This document shows positions 1 to 13,600 of a stretch of DNA of 64,000 nucleotides, in pieces. Where the stretch lies: NCBI GenBank assembly GCA_964016885.1, contig OZ024742.1, positions 283,774,001 through 283,838,000 on the forward strand, given 5' to 3'. Made by a program: the position numbers and the translations under genes. The notes under the pieces were generated by a model. The model worked only from the letters and a program-made list of their open reading frames with translations, made no database searches and had not been told where the DNA came from. Every line of letters starts with the position of its first letter. Within the stretch, counting starts at the first letter, position 1. Source of the DNA: Eledone cirrhosa (lineage: Eukaryota).

Positions 1-2539
1 TTCTAAATTATTTGAAAATCATAGGCAGTGATTTGCATTATAAATATGGTATGAGTGTTGTGTTTCATGCACCAACATAATGAGAAACTTTACAAAAGGT
101 TCTTATTAATAATTTCCTTCAAATTCCTGATTATTTTCAAAATTATTTGAATCTACCGTATCAATTCTCATATTTTAACCCATTTGTGCTGTGTTTCTAA
201 TAAAATACACTCTATTTCAGTTAATGAAACATTTTGAGGGATTTACTAAAATTATTTCATTACTAAGATAGTAACTTGACATGGATTCTTATATAAAATG
301 ATTTTAATTTAATAAAAACTCTTTAAGCTGAGTGGTTTTGTTTCATAAAACTAGAGCTGGTTTTGGCAGGGTTGGTATCAAAACGATTAACCTGCTTCTA
401 TCTCAGTCACTATCAATTATTCTCTGCTGTAGCCTTTATTAATTAAACACAGCTTATTTCTCTTAGGGCATTTTTCTGGAGCCTCTGTGATTAAACACCA
501 TAGAAACTGTCCACAAGATACAACCATGTAGAAAGCTAGCTCAACTAGCATAGGTATAAGATGTAAATTTCATTTAATTTCTGTAAACAGAAAAGAAGCA
601 AAATGGCCAGTGTACAGAATGAGATCTCTCAGATGTGCAACAGATGCAGCAAGGGTAGCGACAAACATACCAGCCTGGTGGAATTCCAGAGAGTTCTCAC
701 CTAGAACGGCTACCCTACTTCTCTCACTAAACTAAACACTGAAATACCAAGACAACAACACTTAAAAGAACAGGGAGGACACATGCCCCTAGAGGTAACA
801 TTTGTTACTTAGAGCTGCTGCTTTTCAATGAGAAGATGATTGCTGCCATCTGGCAGGAGGGCCTGCATATACAGCTGGCACACTTGGGACCTTCATTGAG
901 AAGACTACTCTATAGATACTGACATGCACACAACGGTATGTGCACACTTCCTAATTGTCCCATCAATAACACAGAAGTGTGCATGGGAGTGTTGGATCTA
1001 TAAGGTCACATGCAAAAAATGTAGCTCTTCGTACATCAGAAGTACCACTTGGATGTTACACATAAGAGCTTCTATCAAAAACCATCTTGAGACATTGAGG
1101 TCACCATAGAGGTGACAGAAAGGTATGTGGGAAATTTAAGAATCAAAGAGGCCATTAACAGAAGAAAAAGTCTCAGATAAATGATAGACTTGAAATGCAC
1201 AAAGTGAACTGGCTAGAATAACAGCTTCATACATGCATATTCCAGACACAACACATCACTTGTTCGTCTTTGTTTTGAACTGTTTTTGTTTCACATTTGA
1301 AAAGAGTGTAATAGCCCTGAAATATACTGGGTAGAACATTACTTTGTTTTGTTTTATTTGTCATTTTTTGCCTTTTATATATTTCTACCAAATTGTACTG
1401 GCTTTCTGAAACTTATCAGTCATTTATTTAATTATTTATTTTATTATTTGATCAGAGAAGGATAGTGTCCATGACACTTGCTAACACCAACCACTTAATG
1501 TACTGGATGCATTTTATCAGGAGACTAGCACTACTACTTTATAGAATGTATTGGATGTATTTATTTTTTTAAAAAAATTATACTATTTCAGTGTGCCATG
1601 AAGCATATGGTAACACAACAGCTGAAGAATCTGCATGTCGACATGGTTGCAGCACTGCACTTCCTGTGGCAGAACAGCGGGAGAGGGAGGTAAATGATGT
1701 TTTTATCATTTTCTCAACACAGATCTTATCTCTGTTATAATTAGCTGTGTCTAGCCCATCTCTTTGTATATTTATAACTACATTATCCATTATGTCCTTC
1801 CCTTTTTTAACACGAGAGTGTGATTTAACTCTTTTGATACCAAAAATACCCTGGATTTATTATATAAAACTACGCTTTTTAAATGTTTGTACTTATCTTA
1901 AAACCTCCTCTCATAATTTTATTTAAGAAATTTTTAAGAAGTAATGTTTTAAATATGAATTTACTAGTGAAAAAATGAATTATTTCATTAAATTCCTCCA
2001 ACTTTTTACTTACAAAATTAATTGTAACACATAGGCAGTGTATTTCATTAGAGATAAGGTAACAAAAGAGTTAATGGTTATTTGGCTGCAACTTGAATGA
2101 CTATAGAGAAGTCTTTTTCTATTGGGCCATATGAAAAGAGGTAATGAAAACTTCATACTACAACAAAATTTTTCTTGTTAATTTTCATAAGATCTTACTA
2201 ACTATTTAACTTTGTTTTGAAATATATTAACTAGCAGAATAATCATAGTAAAGAAAGTTTTAGTTTTGAGCATGTGTAAAAATTTCCACTATTGCTAATT
2301 TTTACAAAGCTTATATACCCTACCATATAATTTGACATATTTCATCAACTTCCCTAGTATATAAGCAGTACATATTTTATCAACACCCTAATCTGCTGGC
2401 ATCTGGCCTTCTGAAAATGTTCCTCTCATATTAAACGATGAGATTCTGGAAGAAAGTCATCAATTCAAGTCTTGATATTACTTTCACTGCCACAAGCCAT
2501 GTGAAAGTAATAAAGATGAGATAGATGTTTGCATTAACT

Positions 2540-3160
2540 GTGCATGCACTGCATTCTTTGTTTGGTCTTCAAAACTGGCTCTGGTCTAAGTTAGAGATCC
2601 ATATAATCAAGCACATCTTTGCTCAATCCCCATCTATGGTTGCAAGATGTGGGCAATAAAAGCATTAGATTTGTGCAAGCTGGAGGTTTATGATCACCTT
2701 TGCTGAATCTTCTATGTTCTTGCATTGAATTTTGTGTCAAACTCCAAAAATTGTCATCATTGCCAGATCAATGCCCTCCAGCAACTCCTACAAAAAATAC
2801 ATCTGCATTGGTTCAATCATGCACTCTGCACCCCATTAAGCAAGCTTATCCATGATGCAGTTACAGTTGATCTTTTCTTGGGACGGCATAAACAGCAAGG
2901 TAGGCAGTTGTAAATGTGAATCAGCATGATTGAGTCAGATCTTGAGCTTATATCCTAGATTGCTGTGCATGGGCAACTTCTGATTGTGATGCTGTGGATG
3001 CACTGATTAGAGCCAAGATATATGGCAACTAAGACAATATCTGTGTTGGATGTTTGTGATCACCATGCATGGGTGGTTTCTGTTTTGGGTTCTGTGGATG
3101 CATCATGTGGAGTCGGCTCAACCTATCCTGGGTGAATGCCAACGTATGTACAAGTGCAAC
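2540..3160 (+). mobile_element. Highly decayed non-LTR (RTE-like) 3' remnant
   Basis: Near 2620-2660 (ctcaatcccatctatggttgcaagatgtgggc) the sequence resembles the SILLYGCETW motif typical of RTE C-terminal regions. No intact frame. Confidence 0.35.
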
Positions 3161-4057
3161 TGAAGTACATTCTTTTACAGAAGGTAGTCTATAAAATTCA
3201 CAAGGAAAACTTAATGGACTGCTGAATATAAATTTTCTTTTAATTGCATTATGCAGCACAGTAATCCATAAAACTCATGGATTACCAAAACTTTAGTATG
3301 AACTACTAGTGGTCCACATGGACCACATTGTACATCACTGATCTATTGCTTATAGAAAGGAGAATAATGTGAAGTGTTTACTAATTGATATTAAAACACA
3401 ATCATACATAGTTTGCAAGGACATATATCTCTAGTGCTAAACATATTAATCTTACAGAGACACAAGGCTTCTGTTATATAGAAGCAGAAAACAAGTATAT
3501 AGCCATGTTAATTAAACAATTAGAATACTCATCATTGAGTCTAATATGTGTTACAGCTTAATATATATTATTACATATTTTATCAACATTCTTGTATATA
3601 ACTGGTTCACATTCTACACTCTGTAAATTGGTTGGCATTAGGAAGGGCATCCAGCCATAGAAACCATGCTAGTCTCAGAGTGTGATAACCTATCTAACCC
3701 ATTCCAGTATGGAAGACAGACATAAAAATAATGATGATTATCAAACCTAGGAATGGAATTAGGGAAAAAAAAAAAAGAGTTATAGCTGTGTCAATGTTTA
3801 AAATCATGTCTTAGTGGTTACAGTATTGAACTCATAATCATAAGATTGTGGTTTCAATTCTTGGGCTGAGCAGCACGTTGTTCTTCATTTTTAATTGCTT
3901 TTCATGATAAGACTGTTGTTCTTATCATTGAAACACCTATGAGATACAATCTTGTATGAGGACAGCTAAACCTACATAGGTGCAAACTGTAAATTTCTTT
4001 ATTATATTTTATTTTTTTCAGCATTCAAAAATGCTGTATCTTGTTTTTATTGTGTAG

Positions 4058-4268
4058 TTTCAGAAAGATGACTCCGAACCTCGCATTCATCTTCTCTACC
4101 CACTCATGTATGTCCATGGACTCTACAGCAACATGATACACAGAGTTTACCGGCAGATGAGCATCAGCTGGTCTTTTTACATGCAAGGGGATAATGGTAA
4201 CCTCATTGTGATGCGATCAAAACCTAAGGTTTATGTGGAGTATCGTACCTTTGATGGTGATGGTGACG
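4058..4268 (+). CDS. TMEM59: TMEM59-family transmembrane protein, internal coding exon (first visible in window; upstream exons not seen)
   Basis: Translates FQKDDSEPRIHLLYPLMYVHGLYSNMIHRVYRQMSISWSFYMQGDNGNLIVMRSKPKVYVEYRTFDGDGD, resembling vertebrate TMEM59 (HLLFPL...SSWTFYLQADDGKIVIFQSKP, recalled). Acceptor tgtgtAG at 4057, with an alternative in-frame tttcAG at 4063. Donor GTAAGT at 4269 (phase 1). Confidence 0.88.
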
Positions 4269-4506
4269 GTAAGTCTTAACACTCTTTGACGTTGGTTGTT
4301 GTTTAACTCTTCCACATCACTAGCTGTGAGTGAAAACTGGAAGAAAAAGAAAAGATTTACAGTTCACACGTTTACTGGGTGATCTCACTTATGAGGCAAG
4401 TCTGGCCAGTTGGCTGCACCATACCTTGCTCATATTGGACTACATTTCTGCTTGGCTTTTATGGCTGCTTGATGTCCTTCCTAACACCAACCACATTTAC
4501 AGTGTG

Positions 4507-4790
4507 GAACTGGGTGGTCCTGTTATGAGGAGGTTCTGGCCAGTTGGTCGCGCCATGCTCTGCTCATAGTAGAACTGGGTGGTCCTGTTATGAGGAGGTT
4601 CTGGCCAGCTGGTCGTGCTGTACTCAGCTCATAGTAGAACTGGGGGGGGGGGGGGGTCCTGTTACAAGGAGGTTCTGGCCAGTTGGTCGCGCTTTACTCT
4701 GCTCATAGCGAGGCCATATTTGGGGAGCTGTGAAAATCTAGGAAAATCTGGCCAGTTGGCCACACTGAATTTTGCTCATAGTGGGACAGT
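4507..4790 (+). repeat. Approximately 64-bp minisatellite, 3-4 diverging copies, next to the RTE remnant
   Basis: The unit gaactgggtggtcctgttatgaggaggttctggccagttggtcg...gctcatagta recurs at about 4507, 4572 and 4637, with a degenerate copy near 4750. Confidence 0.8.
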
Positions 4791-4879
4791 GTTTTGACTG
4801 AGATTTCATAACTGCTGAGTGCCCTTCCTAAGGTCAGGCGATGTTTACGGTGTGGACTGGACTAGCTTATCAACTCAGG

Positions 4880-6425
4880 TCTTCTGTAGTCTGTCGTAGC
4901 GCCAAGGGTCTTCATCCTGTGTCATCTCCGTCGAGAGGTTCAGCTGTGCCATTTCAGCCTTTATCATTTCACCCCATGTCTTCCTCTTCTGAGGCACCCT
5001 ACAATCGAGTGCTCTGCACATTTTTATGAAGCTGTCATCCTTCATGTGCATCACATGCCCATACCGTTACAGTCTTCTCACTTGCACACAGTATTTGATC
5101 CCGCTTATGCCCAGTTTCGTTCTGAATTCACTTATATTTCACCGTTCGTGCACACTACTGTTACACATTCATCAGAGCATGCAGGCTTCATTTCTTTCTA
5201 ATATACGTTGATCCTCAGTGTACAGTTCCCAGGATTCACTTCCATGTAGCATTGCTGTTCGCACACAGGCATCATACAGTTTGCCTTTTACCTTGAGTGA
5301 GAAATATTTTGTAGCTAGCAGTGGCAACAATTCCCTGAACTTTTTTCATCCCATCCTTACTCTGGCAACTGTACTTTCTGAGCTTCCACTTCAACTGCTG
5401 ATCTGGTTTCCCAGGTAGCAGAAGCTATCGACTAGTTCTATGGGAGCCTCTGTGCATTTAAAAAAGCTTGTTTCCTGAGGGTTTTTGCTTACTGCTTCTG
5501 TGCAACATCCTTATGAAGTCTATGTTCTTTGTTAGCCTGCCTGGTTTCCCACTACACCTGTTGTGTACCCATAATTTGCATTTGGTACACAAGATTGAGT
5601 TCCTATCTATTCATTTCCTGCACACAGGGCAGGGCCATTTCCCTGAGGGGATCAGGGCCCTGTATTTTTTTGTGCTCAATAGGATTTTGGTCTTTGCCAG
5701 GTTGACTTTCAGCCCTTTTGTTTCTAAGCTGTGCCTCTATGTCTGAAATTTCTTCTTCAATTCTGTCATAGATTCAGCTATGAGGGTCAGATCGTCAGTG
5801 TATAGGAGTTCCCAATGAGCAACCAGTTTTAAATTCCTTTGTTATAGCCTGCAAGACAATAATGACCAGGAGGGGGCTAAGAACGAAGCCCTGGTGGACT
5901 CCCACTTGCACACTGAATTCCTCACTATACTCATTGTTAATTTTGACTTTGCTGGTAGCCTCTTTGTACATGGCTGGTACTGCCCTCACAAGCCACTCAT
6001 CTACTTCTAGTTTTCTGAGGGTCCACCAGATTATGGAGCAAACTCTGTCAAAAGCTTCCTCTAGGTCCATGAATGCTAAATAGAGCAGCTTCCTTTTAGC
6101 CATGTACTTTTGCATTTGCTTCACAAGGAAGAGGGTCTCAGTGCTCCTTTTCCTGGCATAAATCCAAACTGCATCTCGTTTAGGTGTATACAATTTCTAA
6201 TCAGTTGTGCAATGACTCTTTCTGTAACTTTCATGACCTGGTCAATCAGCTTGATGCCCCTGTAGTTCTTTCTAGGGTATCTCCTTTTCCCTTTTAAGTG
6301 TTGACAATGATGCTGCTCCACCAGTCAGTTGGAATGACACCGTTCTGTATTACTTGGTTTACGACATGGATGGTTAGGGTGTGCGCTACTATCCCAGATG
6401 TTTTCAGCATCTATTCCTGATGGTC
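4880..6425 (-). mobile_element. Degenerate RTE-clade LINE (RT and C-terminal region) in a TMEM59 intron
   Basis: Broken minus-strand frames give NYRGIKLIDQVMKV, MQFGFMPGKG, YLAFMDLEEAFDRV and VGVHQGFVLSPLL (RT motifs). The 5' end abuts a (TA)n tract at 6431. Confidence 0.85.
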
Positions 6426-6428
6426 CAG

Positions 6429-6477
<49 letters not shown>

Positions 6478-6948
6478 TGTGTCTGTTTTTATGTCCCATA
6501 ACTTAGTGGTTTGGCAAAAAAAGAGATCAATACTAGACATGAAAAAATCAGAATTGGTATTGACAGGGTTGACTAAAACCCTTTTAACCCGTTAGTATTT
6601 ACATTACTCTATATTTACTATTGTATTTTCACAGTAAAGGCTTCATCTGACATAATATCAAATCTATGAGATTTTGTTAATATTTAATTTGAGAACAATA
6701 CTTTAACATCAGTATGAACGGCTGGTTACAGTCGGTTTGAACAGAAAGAGGTGAGAGAATTCTGGCTGGATACAGCCGGCTTAAATGCTAAAGGGTTATG
6801 GCAGTGCCTCAGCACAACAGTTTAATGACTGAAACCAGTAAAAGAGTATAAGAATAAAAGAACATGCTCCCACTCTCAATGTTTTTCTTGTTTGCTTTAT
6901 TTAACCTATGATCTCCTCCACTCTCACTTTCTCTCTGTTATATTTTAG

Positions 6949-7256
6949 AATATCGTACTTCAAACTACTTGGAGACCAACATTGAATCTGGTAACAATGT
7001 GGCAACACCACAACTGAAGAACTCACAGTTGCATGCCGTTAACAATCAGAATAGTGATGAGGATGAGGAATTGAATATCTCGTTGCACGATGTCAATGGA
7101 CAGAATGCAGATTGGTTGGCCTGCCTTTCCCTGAAGTTTGGCCTACCTCGAATACTGCTGACTGCATTGGTCTTATTCTGTGCAGTTGTAATGATTTGGT
7201 TATGTCTGACTGCAGCTGTTACTGCTCCAGAACACCGCATCCCTGCATCGCCTCCT
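6949..7256 (+). CDS. TMEM59: TMEM59-family exon encoding the transmembrane helix
   Basis: Polypyrimidine tract and ttttAG at 6948; phase 1 matches the previous exon (G+AA=Glu). Encodes ...ADWLACLSLKFGLPRILLTALVLFCAVVMIWLCLTAAVTAPEHRIPASPP (compare TMEM59 FLRCLSLNSG..LTTTLVLSVMVLLWICCATVATA). Donor GTAAGT at 7257 (phase 0). Confidence 0.92.
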
Positions 7257-7324
7257 GTAAGTTATATTTTTATTTAGATTTTTTAGTTTTTTTTTCTCTT
7301 TGATTAAATACTTAAAAATAAGAA

Positions 7325-7445
7325 TATGGCCTAATGGTTTGGGTGTTAGACTCATAATCATAAGGTTGTGCATTTAATTCCTGGATTGAGTGGTTCATTG
7401 TGTTCATGAGCAAGGTGCTTCATTTTATGTTGCTTTTCATTGAAA
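7325..7445 (+). mobile_element. tRNA-derived SINE head (related copies at about 3810-3900, 7985-8110, 9870-10015, 10330-10500)
   Basis: tggcctaatggtttgggtgttagactcataatcataaggttgtg...attcctgg...ttgtgttcatgagcaaggtgcttcatttt: degenerate A-box/B-box tRNA-like head, repeated with the same downstream sequence at several places. Confidence 0.6.
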
Positions 7446-9035
7446 CACCTGAGAAACTTACCACTAGACACAACCTTGTAGCAGGCCAGCTAGACCTGGT
7501 GAAAGCTGTAAATTAAAATTTTTTTTTCTGAAACGAGTGATCAAAAGCTGCTTTGGTCAGATTAGGCTACAGGACTGGCTCAACCACCTCTGAATGTGGA
7601 GAAACAAACCAGACTATAGAACACTACCCAATCTATGCAGCTCAAAAGAACTTGCAAACTTCAATAAAAATGCAAAAACTACGTGGAGGGGTGGAAATCT
7701 GTTACATGACTATTGTACTTGCCTCAAAAAAATGATAAGAACTCATTCATTACCATATTTCTAATGAAGTACACTGCTTATAATTGTCAAATACTTTTGA
7801 AAATAATGAAGAATTTGGAGAGATTTAATAATATAACTTTATCATTGAGTTTCTTGCATAAAATCATTTTAAAAACAGGCAGTTTTGTATCCTACAACAC
7901 TTTAAAATAATTAATTAGTTTCATGTAACCAAGGGTGTTTTTGAAGCAGGTTGATGTCAGAAGGGATAAAATATGATGAAGGTACATGCCCTAGTGATTA
8001 GGTTGTTAGGCTCATGATTATAAGGTTGTAGGTTTGATTTCCAGATTAGGTGGCACATTGTGTCTTTCAGAAGCACTTCATTTCATGCTTCACTTATTCA
8101 CTCAGCTGAAGAAAAAATTTAGTATGACAATTAATCAATCTGTCCCTTTTTCTTCCTTAAGATATTAGGGCATGATATGAAGGAGAATTTGCTATTGTTT
8201 CTAGAAAAGCTGTCTTGCTTATTATAGTTATACACTGTAAGATGGTTGAGGAGGCTCTACAGTCTACAGGCATGTCAAGAACATGACATCTCTAGTACTA
8301 GTGTCATGATAAAATCCACAATGTAGAAACCATGCCAAAAATATAACGTGTGTGTGACATTGTCTTCGAAACTGGTGACTGGTGTCGAGTTACCTCTCGT
8401 TACTGATTAATAGTTGCTTCCCTTGATTAAATATCGTCTATGAACTGTTGGTTTAAACTTGAATCACTTGGTTTCAAACCAAACATCTTAACCATACAGC
8501 TATATCTACGACTCAAATGTACCTTATCCATTTTGATTGCCACGTTCTCCTTGTTTTTTTACCACTATTACGAACTCTAAATACTGTTGTAACACACATC
8601 CAATGCATCTGTTATTAATGATAAGGTTCCCACGCTTATCATGCCAACAATTTCCTGGTGACGGTAGGTGGTATTTGAACTCAGAACACACAAAGCTGGA
8701 ATAAACATTGAAAGTATCCTGTCCAGTATTCTATCGATTTCATCAATCTACCACCCCTTTTGAAAAAACCACAATAGCATTTATAGCTCACACCTATGTA
8801 CGTCTAACTAGCCGCATCTCATACATGGTTTCTTGGGTTTTTCAATGGTAGGGGTGCTATTTATATCATGTAAAGCAATGTGGAACGAAGCATCTTGCTC
8901 AAGAATGCAATACACTGCCTGGTCCAGAAATCAAACCTGCAAACTTATGGTTGAGTCCAACACCCTAACCTCTAAACCACTCTCCTATTATGTAATAATC
9001 TCATTGTTTTTGTTTTTTTTGTCCTTTCTCCCCAG

Positions 9036-9164
9036 AAACTCAGTATCAATGGTGACCTGGACTATTTGGTGAACTTTGAACAGACAAAGATGAAGAAATG
9101 CCTTCCCCAGGACATAGTGGTTGCTGCTCCTCTCCCGGTGAACATTAAGAGTGACAGGATCTAA
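9036..9164 (+). CDS. TMEM59: TMEM59-family terminal coding exon
   Basis: Long pyrimidine tract and cccAG at 9035, phase 0. Encodes KLSINGDLDYLVNFEQTKMKKCLPQDIVVAAPLPVNIKSDRI*, compare TMEM59 KLSIYGDLEF...AGPLPTKVNL. Stop TAA at 9162-9164. Confidence 0.92.
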   Translation, partial: KLSINGDLDYLVNFEQTKMKKCLPQDIVVAAPLPVNIKSDRI

Positions 9165-9372
9165 TCACTTAATAGACTTAAAGAGGATTCCTGGAACAGC
9201 CAACTCTGAAATAGAAAATTCTGTCCATCCTCCTTTTTTCTTTGTTCTTATTCTTTTTCACTACTCCCACCAACACTATCATCTCTTTTTTTCTTTTTTG
9301 GGGCAGGGCTGACCTGGTAAATACCTCACTTAAAGTATTTCTATTTACTTCTCAAACATTTCAGTTTTTTTC

Positions 9373-9376
<4 letters not shown>

Positions 9377-9430
<54 letters not shown>

Positions 9431-9469
9431 CAGATGTATCTTTTGTGAATCTCTCTCTCTCTCTCTCTC

Positions 9470-9520
<51 letters not shown>

Positions 9521-9560
9521 GGTATGTATATATAATTGTGTGTGTGTATGTATATATGCA
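9377..9560. repeat. Compound (TA)n/(CT)n/(TG)n microsatellite in the TMEM59 3' UTR
   Basis: Directly visible. Confidence 0.95.
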
Positions 9561-10805
9561 TACTTAGACAACAAGCATATTGTCTATGGTTGCATTTGAA
9601 TATCTACATAGAGGCATGTGTGTATCTATATAGATGTTTGTGGTGTGTGTGACTGTATATTTGAAAATTTGTTATTCATTTTGTTCTTGTTTGTTTTTTT
9701 GTTTTTTTATCAATACTACAACATAAAAAAAATTGTGACATCAGAAAGTTTGCTCCTCCTCTATTTTTTTTCTTTGTTCTTAAATATTGAAGATTATCAA
9801 CTAATTATTTTATGGTGTAAGTAATCCAATCATTTTTATATGCGACACTTATCTTTTGGTTAAAGGCATTTGGCCAATATGTTAAGGTGTTGAGCTTATG
9901 ATCATAGGTCATGGCTTTCATTCCTAGATAGAGTGGTGCCTTGTGTTACGTCCTAGAACAAGCCACTTCATTTCACATCGCTTCAATATACTCAGCTTTA
10001 AATAAATGAGTACCAGCAGCAGTTGTTGGGATTTAAACCAGCATCTTGACGGGTGTCTTGTACTTTCAGTCACTTAATGAAACTGGGATAAGCTCCAGCT
10101 TGATAAGCCTCTTGGCTGGGACAGGCATTAGCTTTTTGAAGCCTCTTGGCTTGGGACAGACATTAGCATTTTTTAACCTGCTTTGGTGTAAATGTCTTTT
10201 CTTTTACTTTATAGGTGCACTTTTTCTTTTTCATCATGTAGGTTCATGGTTGACTTAAATATCTGAAGATTTAGCATTTGTATGTTTGGCTCACGATTGG
10301 GGGGTATATTAGTTCAATTCCCACCGGTGCATAGCTTAGTGGCTAGGGTGTTTGGCTCAGGATTGCAAGATCATGGGTTTGATTCCTGACAGTGCATTGG
10401 GCCATTTGGTAAGACACTTTATTTCCTGTTGTTCCATGCAGAACCTCCCTAAGAAGTACTTTCAAGGTGCATGTGTCTGTGGAATGCTCAGTTACTTATA
10501 CATTAATTTCACAAGCAGTCTGATCCATTGTTCAAACAAAAGGAATAATTATTGTCAAAACCAATGGAAGTCCAAAACAACACATAAAATGCTTTATCAT
10601 TTTCTATTTATATGTATTTTTTTTTTTTGTGGGGAGGCATAAATATAAAATATAATAAACTAAAAATAAAAACCTACAACAAACTCTGCACTCCAAACTT
10701 TGTGGTTTATACGTTTTGATGAAGCAATTTGAATATTGATGTTGATATTATTAATGATGATAATTATAATACATTTTGGGATTACCTTGTGACTTTCTCT
10801 CATTA

Positions 10806-10824
10806 AATAAACATGAAAAATAAA
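10806..10824 (+). promoter_or_regulatory. Candidate polyadenylation signals of the TMEM59-like gene (would give a 3' UTR of about 1.65 kb)
   Basis: Two AATAAA hexamers (10806-10811 and about 10819-10824) followed by T/GT-rich sequence. Other AATAAA hexamers occur earlier, so the site is uncertain. Confidence 0.35.
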
Positions 10825-11640
10825 AACTTATTGTTATAACTAGAATTTTTACAATGACTTCTAGCAAAACATTGATACTGAATATCACACACGATATATA
10901 CACTACTAGCTGACGAACTCAACTTTGCCCTGGTAAACAGATAAGAGAAGACTGGTAGAAGAGAAAATTATTGTATTCAATGAGTTATCTGGTTTACAGT
11001 GTGAGGTGAAACTGTGGTATGTGTGTGTGTGACAAAAAAAGTAAAACATTTTCAGATACACCATATTCTTCATTTTACCATTCATGCATATTATAAAACA
11101 ATTTCTAGGTGTTCCCACAACCTTGAGCTTTCTTTATGGTCATAGCAAAACTGGCTCTAACAGGAAAGTGAAGTCTTGAGAATTTGAACGGCAGCTTGGT
11201 AGAGAAAAGAATGAGAGGAATCTTGGGAATAAATGCATTTTCTCCTTGATGATTGCTTCCAAGAATAGTGACCCCTAGGAGATGGTTTATCATCTGCCTG
11301 ACTGTTAAGCATGTGCCATTGTGTAGATATGGCAGGTCAAGGTTTCTCAAAAAAATTGATGGGAGTTCTATTATATATAGATATAGATATAGATAATTAT
11401 ATATAAGTGTATGCATGTAAACCAACGTTTGAATCCACAGAGACACTGGCCGCGAAACATGAGCATCACTGACAATGCAGAGAGAATCCCTTATGGTTGT
11501 CTCCCAACCTGCTAGAAATAGCAGTCAGGTAAGCATTTTTTGATGTTATAAAATGAGTATCAATAAACCTTTCTGGGTATACCCTTATTCCATTCGTGTA
11601 CTTACTTTTCGATTGTCAGTTTTGGTTTTTGCGTGATATG

Positions 11641-11677
<37 letters not shown>

Positions 11678-11829
11678 TGTATGTATGTATGTATGGTTTC
11701 AGCCTGTCAGCTGAAATATGTAATAGAGTAATATATACATACATTCACATCCATAATGTTAAATTTAAAAATCCAAAACAACAATGAAGAAAAACAAAAC
11801 TCATTCTCTCTCAGTATCTAGGAAAGGTG

Positions 11830-12760
11830 TAGGTAGAAATTCCATCCTTTGCCCCAAATGCAAACTATGGTTACATGAGATGTAGTGGGATCTCAGGAAG
11901 TTTAGTTAAGAATGTAGGCTTTACATGTAGCACTGGGACAGGAAACAAGCACTACCAAATTCTGGAAGGGCTCTGTAGAAACAGTAGACAGCTTCTGCTA
12001 CCTAGGTGGGTGTTCTGAAAGTACAGTAACCAGGGTAAGAACGGGATGGAAGAAGTTCAAGGAGCTACTACCACTGCTAGTTGCAAAAGGTTTTCCCTCA
12101 AAATGAAAGCAGACTGTATGATGTGCACATATGAACAGCAATGTTGCACAGTAGTGAGACTTGAGCAGATTAGAAAGAAATGAAGCTTGCATGCTCTGAT
12201 GAATGTGTAATAGTAATATATGCGAACGGCAAAGCATGAGAGATAGACTAAGTGTAAGAGGAGATTACGTTGTTATGAACATGTGATGCGTATGAAGGAT
12301 GACAGGTGCAGAGCACTAAGCATCGATGGAAGCCTTGGAGTGGGGAGACCCAAGAAGACCTGGGATGAGGTGATAAAAGCTCATCTTGCCCAATTCCACC
12401 TCTCAAAGGCGATGACACATGACCGAGACCTCTGGCATTATGCAGTAATACAGAAGACCCGACTTCCCATGGGTCCAAGCCGAAGCATATAGACAGTATG
12501 TCCCAAACCCCCTCTCATTGTAAAGTGGTCATGTAGGTGTCATGACAAAAAAAGCACCCAGTCTACACTGTAAAGTGGTAGTGTAGGCGCCACAGTAAAA
12601 AGCTCCCAGTACTCGCTGTAAATGAGATTGTGTTAGGAAGGGCATCCAGCTGTAGAAATAGAGCCCAAATCAGTTCTGTATGAGCAAGACATGGTCACCT
12701 TACCTGGCATTGCCGACAACAGGACAACCCATGCTAGCATGTGGTGATGATAATGATATA
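11830..12760 (+). mobile_element. RTE-clade LINE 3' fragment, same family as 4880-6425
   Basis: 11990-12230 is similar to the reverse complement of 5150-5430 (gacagcttctgctacctagg; ggatggaagaagttcaaggagcta). Frame GVGRPKKTWDEVIKAHL. Ends with the taggaagggcatccagctgtagaaa tail also seen at 3640. Confidence 0.8.
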
Positions 12761-13454
12761 TATAGGGAGAGGAATCTTGAAGCAGAGACAGGATTTAAAG
12801 AGAATGTAAAGAGCCAAAGTCAATGCTGCCAAACATTTGTCCAATGCTCTGATTCTGTCAATCCACCACCCTTGCTGATTTCTTATTATACAATTATGTT
12901 ACACATAATGTTTCTTGGTTGATAAAACAATAGCCAGTCATGTATTGGGGTTGATATAAACAATAGTGGCCTCACCCAGAAGCTGTTGTATTATAAGAAC
13001 TTAAGTGTGGTGGATTGGCAGAATTGTTAGTGCATCAGAAAAATGCTTTGTGCCATTTAGTTATGGCTATTTACATTTTGAATAAAAATCATGCTGAGGT
13101 TTTTCATCCTTCCTAGGTCAATAAAATAATGAAGTACTGGAATTGATTTCAACTTTCCCCACCCTTGAAAATTGCTGGCCTAAATTAAAAACCAATATAA
13201 GATATCAATATTCCTCACTTGGCTTTTAAAATGCTCTATTTAGCTCTCTCAATACAGCTGAGTGTCAGGCAATGAAGGAATATGTCATTTATTTCATCAA
13301 CTGTTTTTGAGGGATCACTGCAAAATCTTTCTTCTTTTAAAGAATTAGAAAAGAATGCCCCCGCTTTTTCCTTTATATAGCCAGGTTTTATTCCACCGTA
13401 AAGTGAATTGGTCAGTAAACAAACCCCTCACTTAATGAGCAAGTTCCATTCGTC

Positions 13455-13600
13455 TTGGCAGAGTCATTAGAACATCAGATAGAATGATTTGTGTCATTCA
13501 TTCCGTCTGTCTGCTCTAAGTTCAAAACATGCTGAGGTCAACTTCGCCTTTCATCCTTTCGAGGTTGATAAAGAAAGAATACTGGGTTCGATTCTTCTAT
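13455..13600 (+). mobile_element. SINE with conserved central core (related copies at about 13010-13200, 39090-39205, 39515-39620, and inverted at 31825-31900 and 57795-57850)
   Basis: Shared gaggtcaactttgcctttcatcctt.cggggtcgataaa.taaagtacc and ttgctggccttgtgcc motifs recur across the window. Confidence 0.65.

Noticed and set aside
1-4057. Upstream TMEM59 exons
   Set aside because: No frame with the Cys-rich N-terminal TMEM59 signature and proper splice sites was recognised. The region looks like intron with decayed repeats, though a small exon could have been missed.
4507-4790. CRISPR-like array
   Set aside because: The units are contiguous with no unique spacers, the context is eukaryotic and intronic, and there are no cas genes. 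It is a minisatellite.
7325-10400. tRNA genes
   Set aside because: A/B-box-like heads are degenerate, do not form cloverleaves and continue into shared SINE body sequence.
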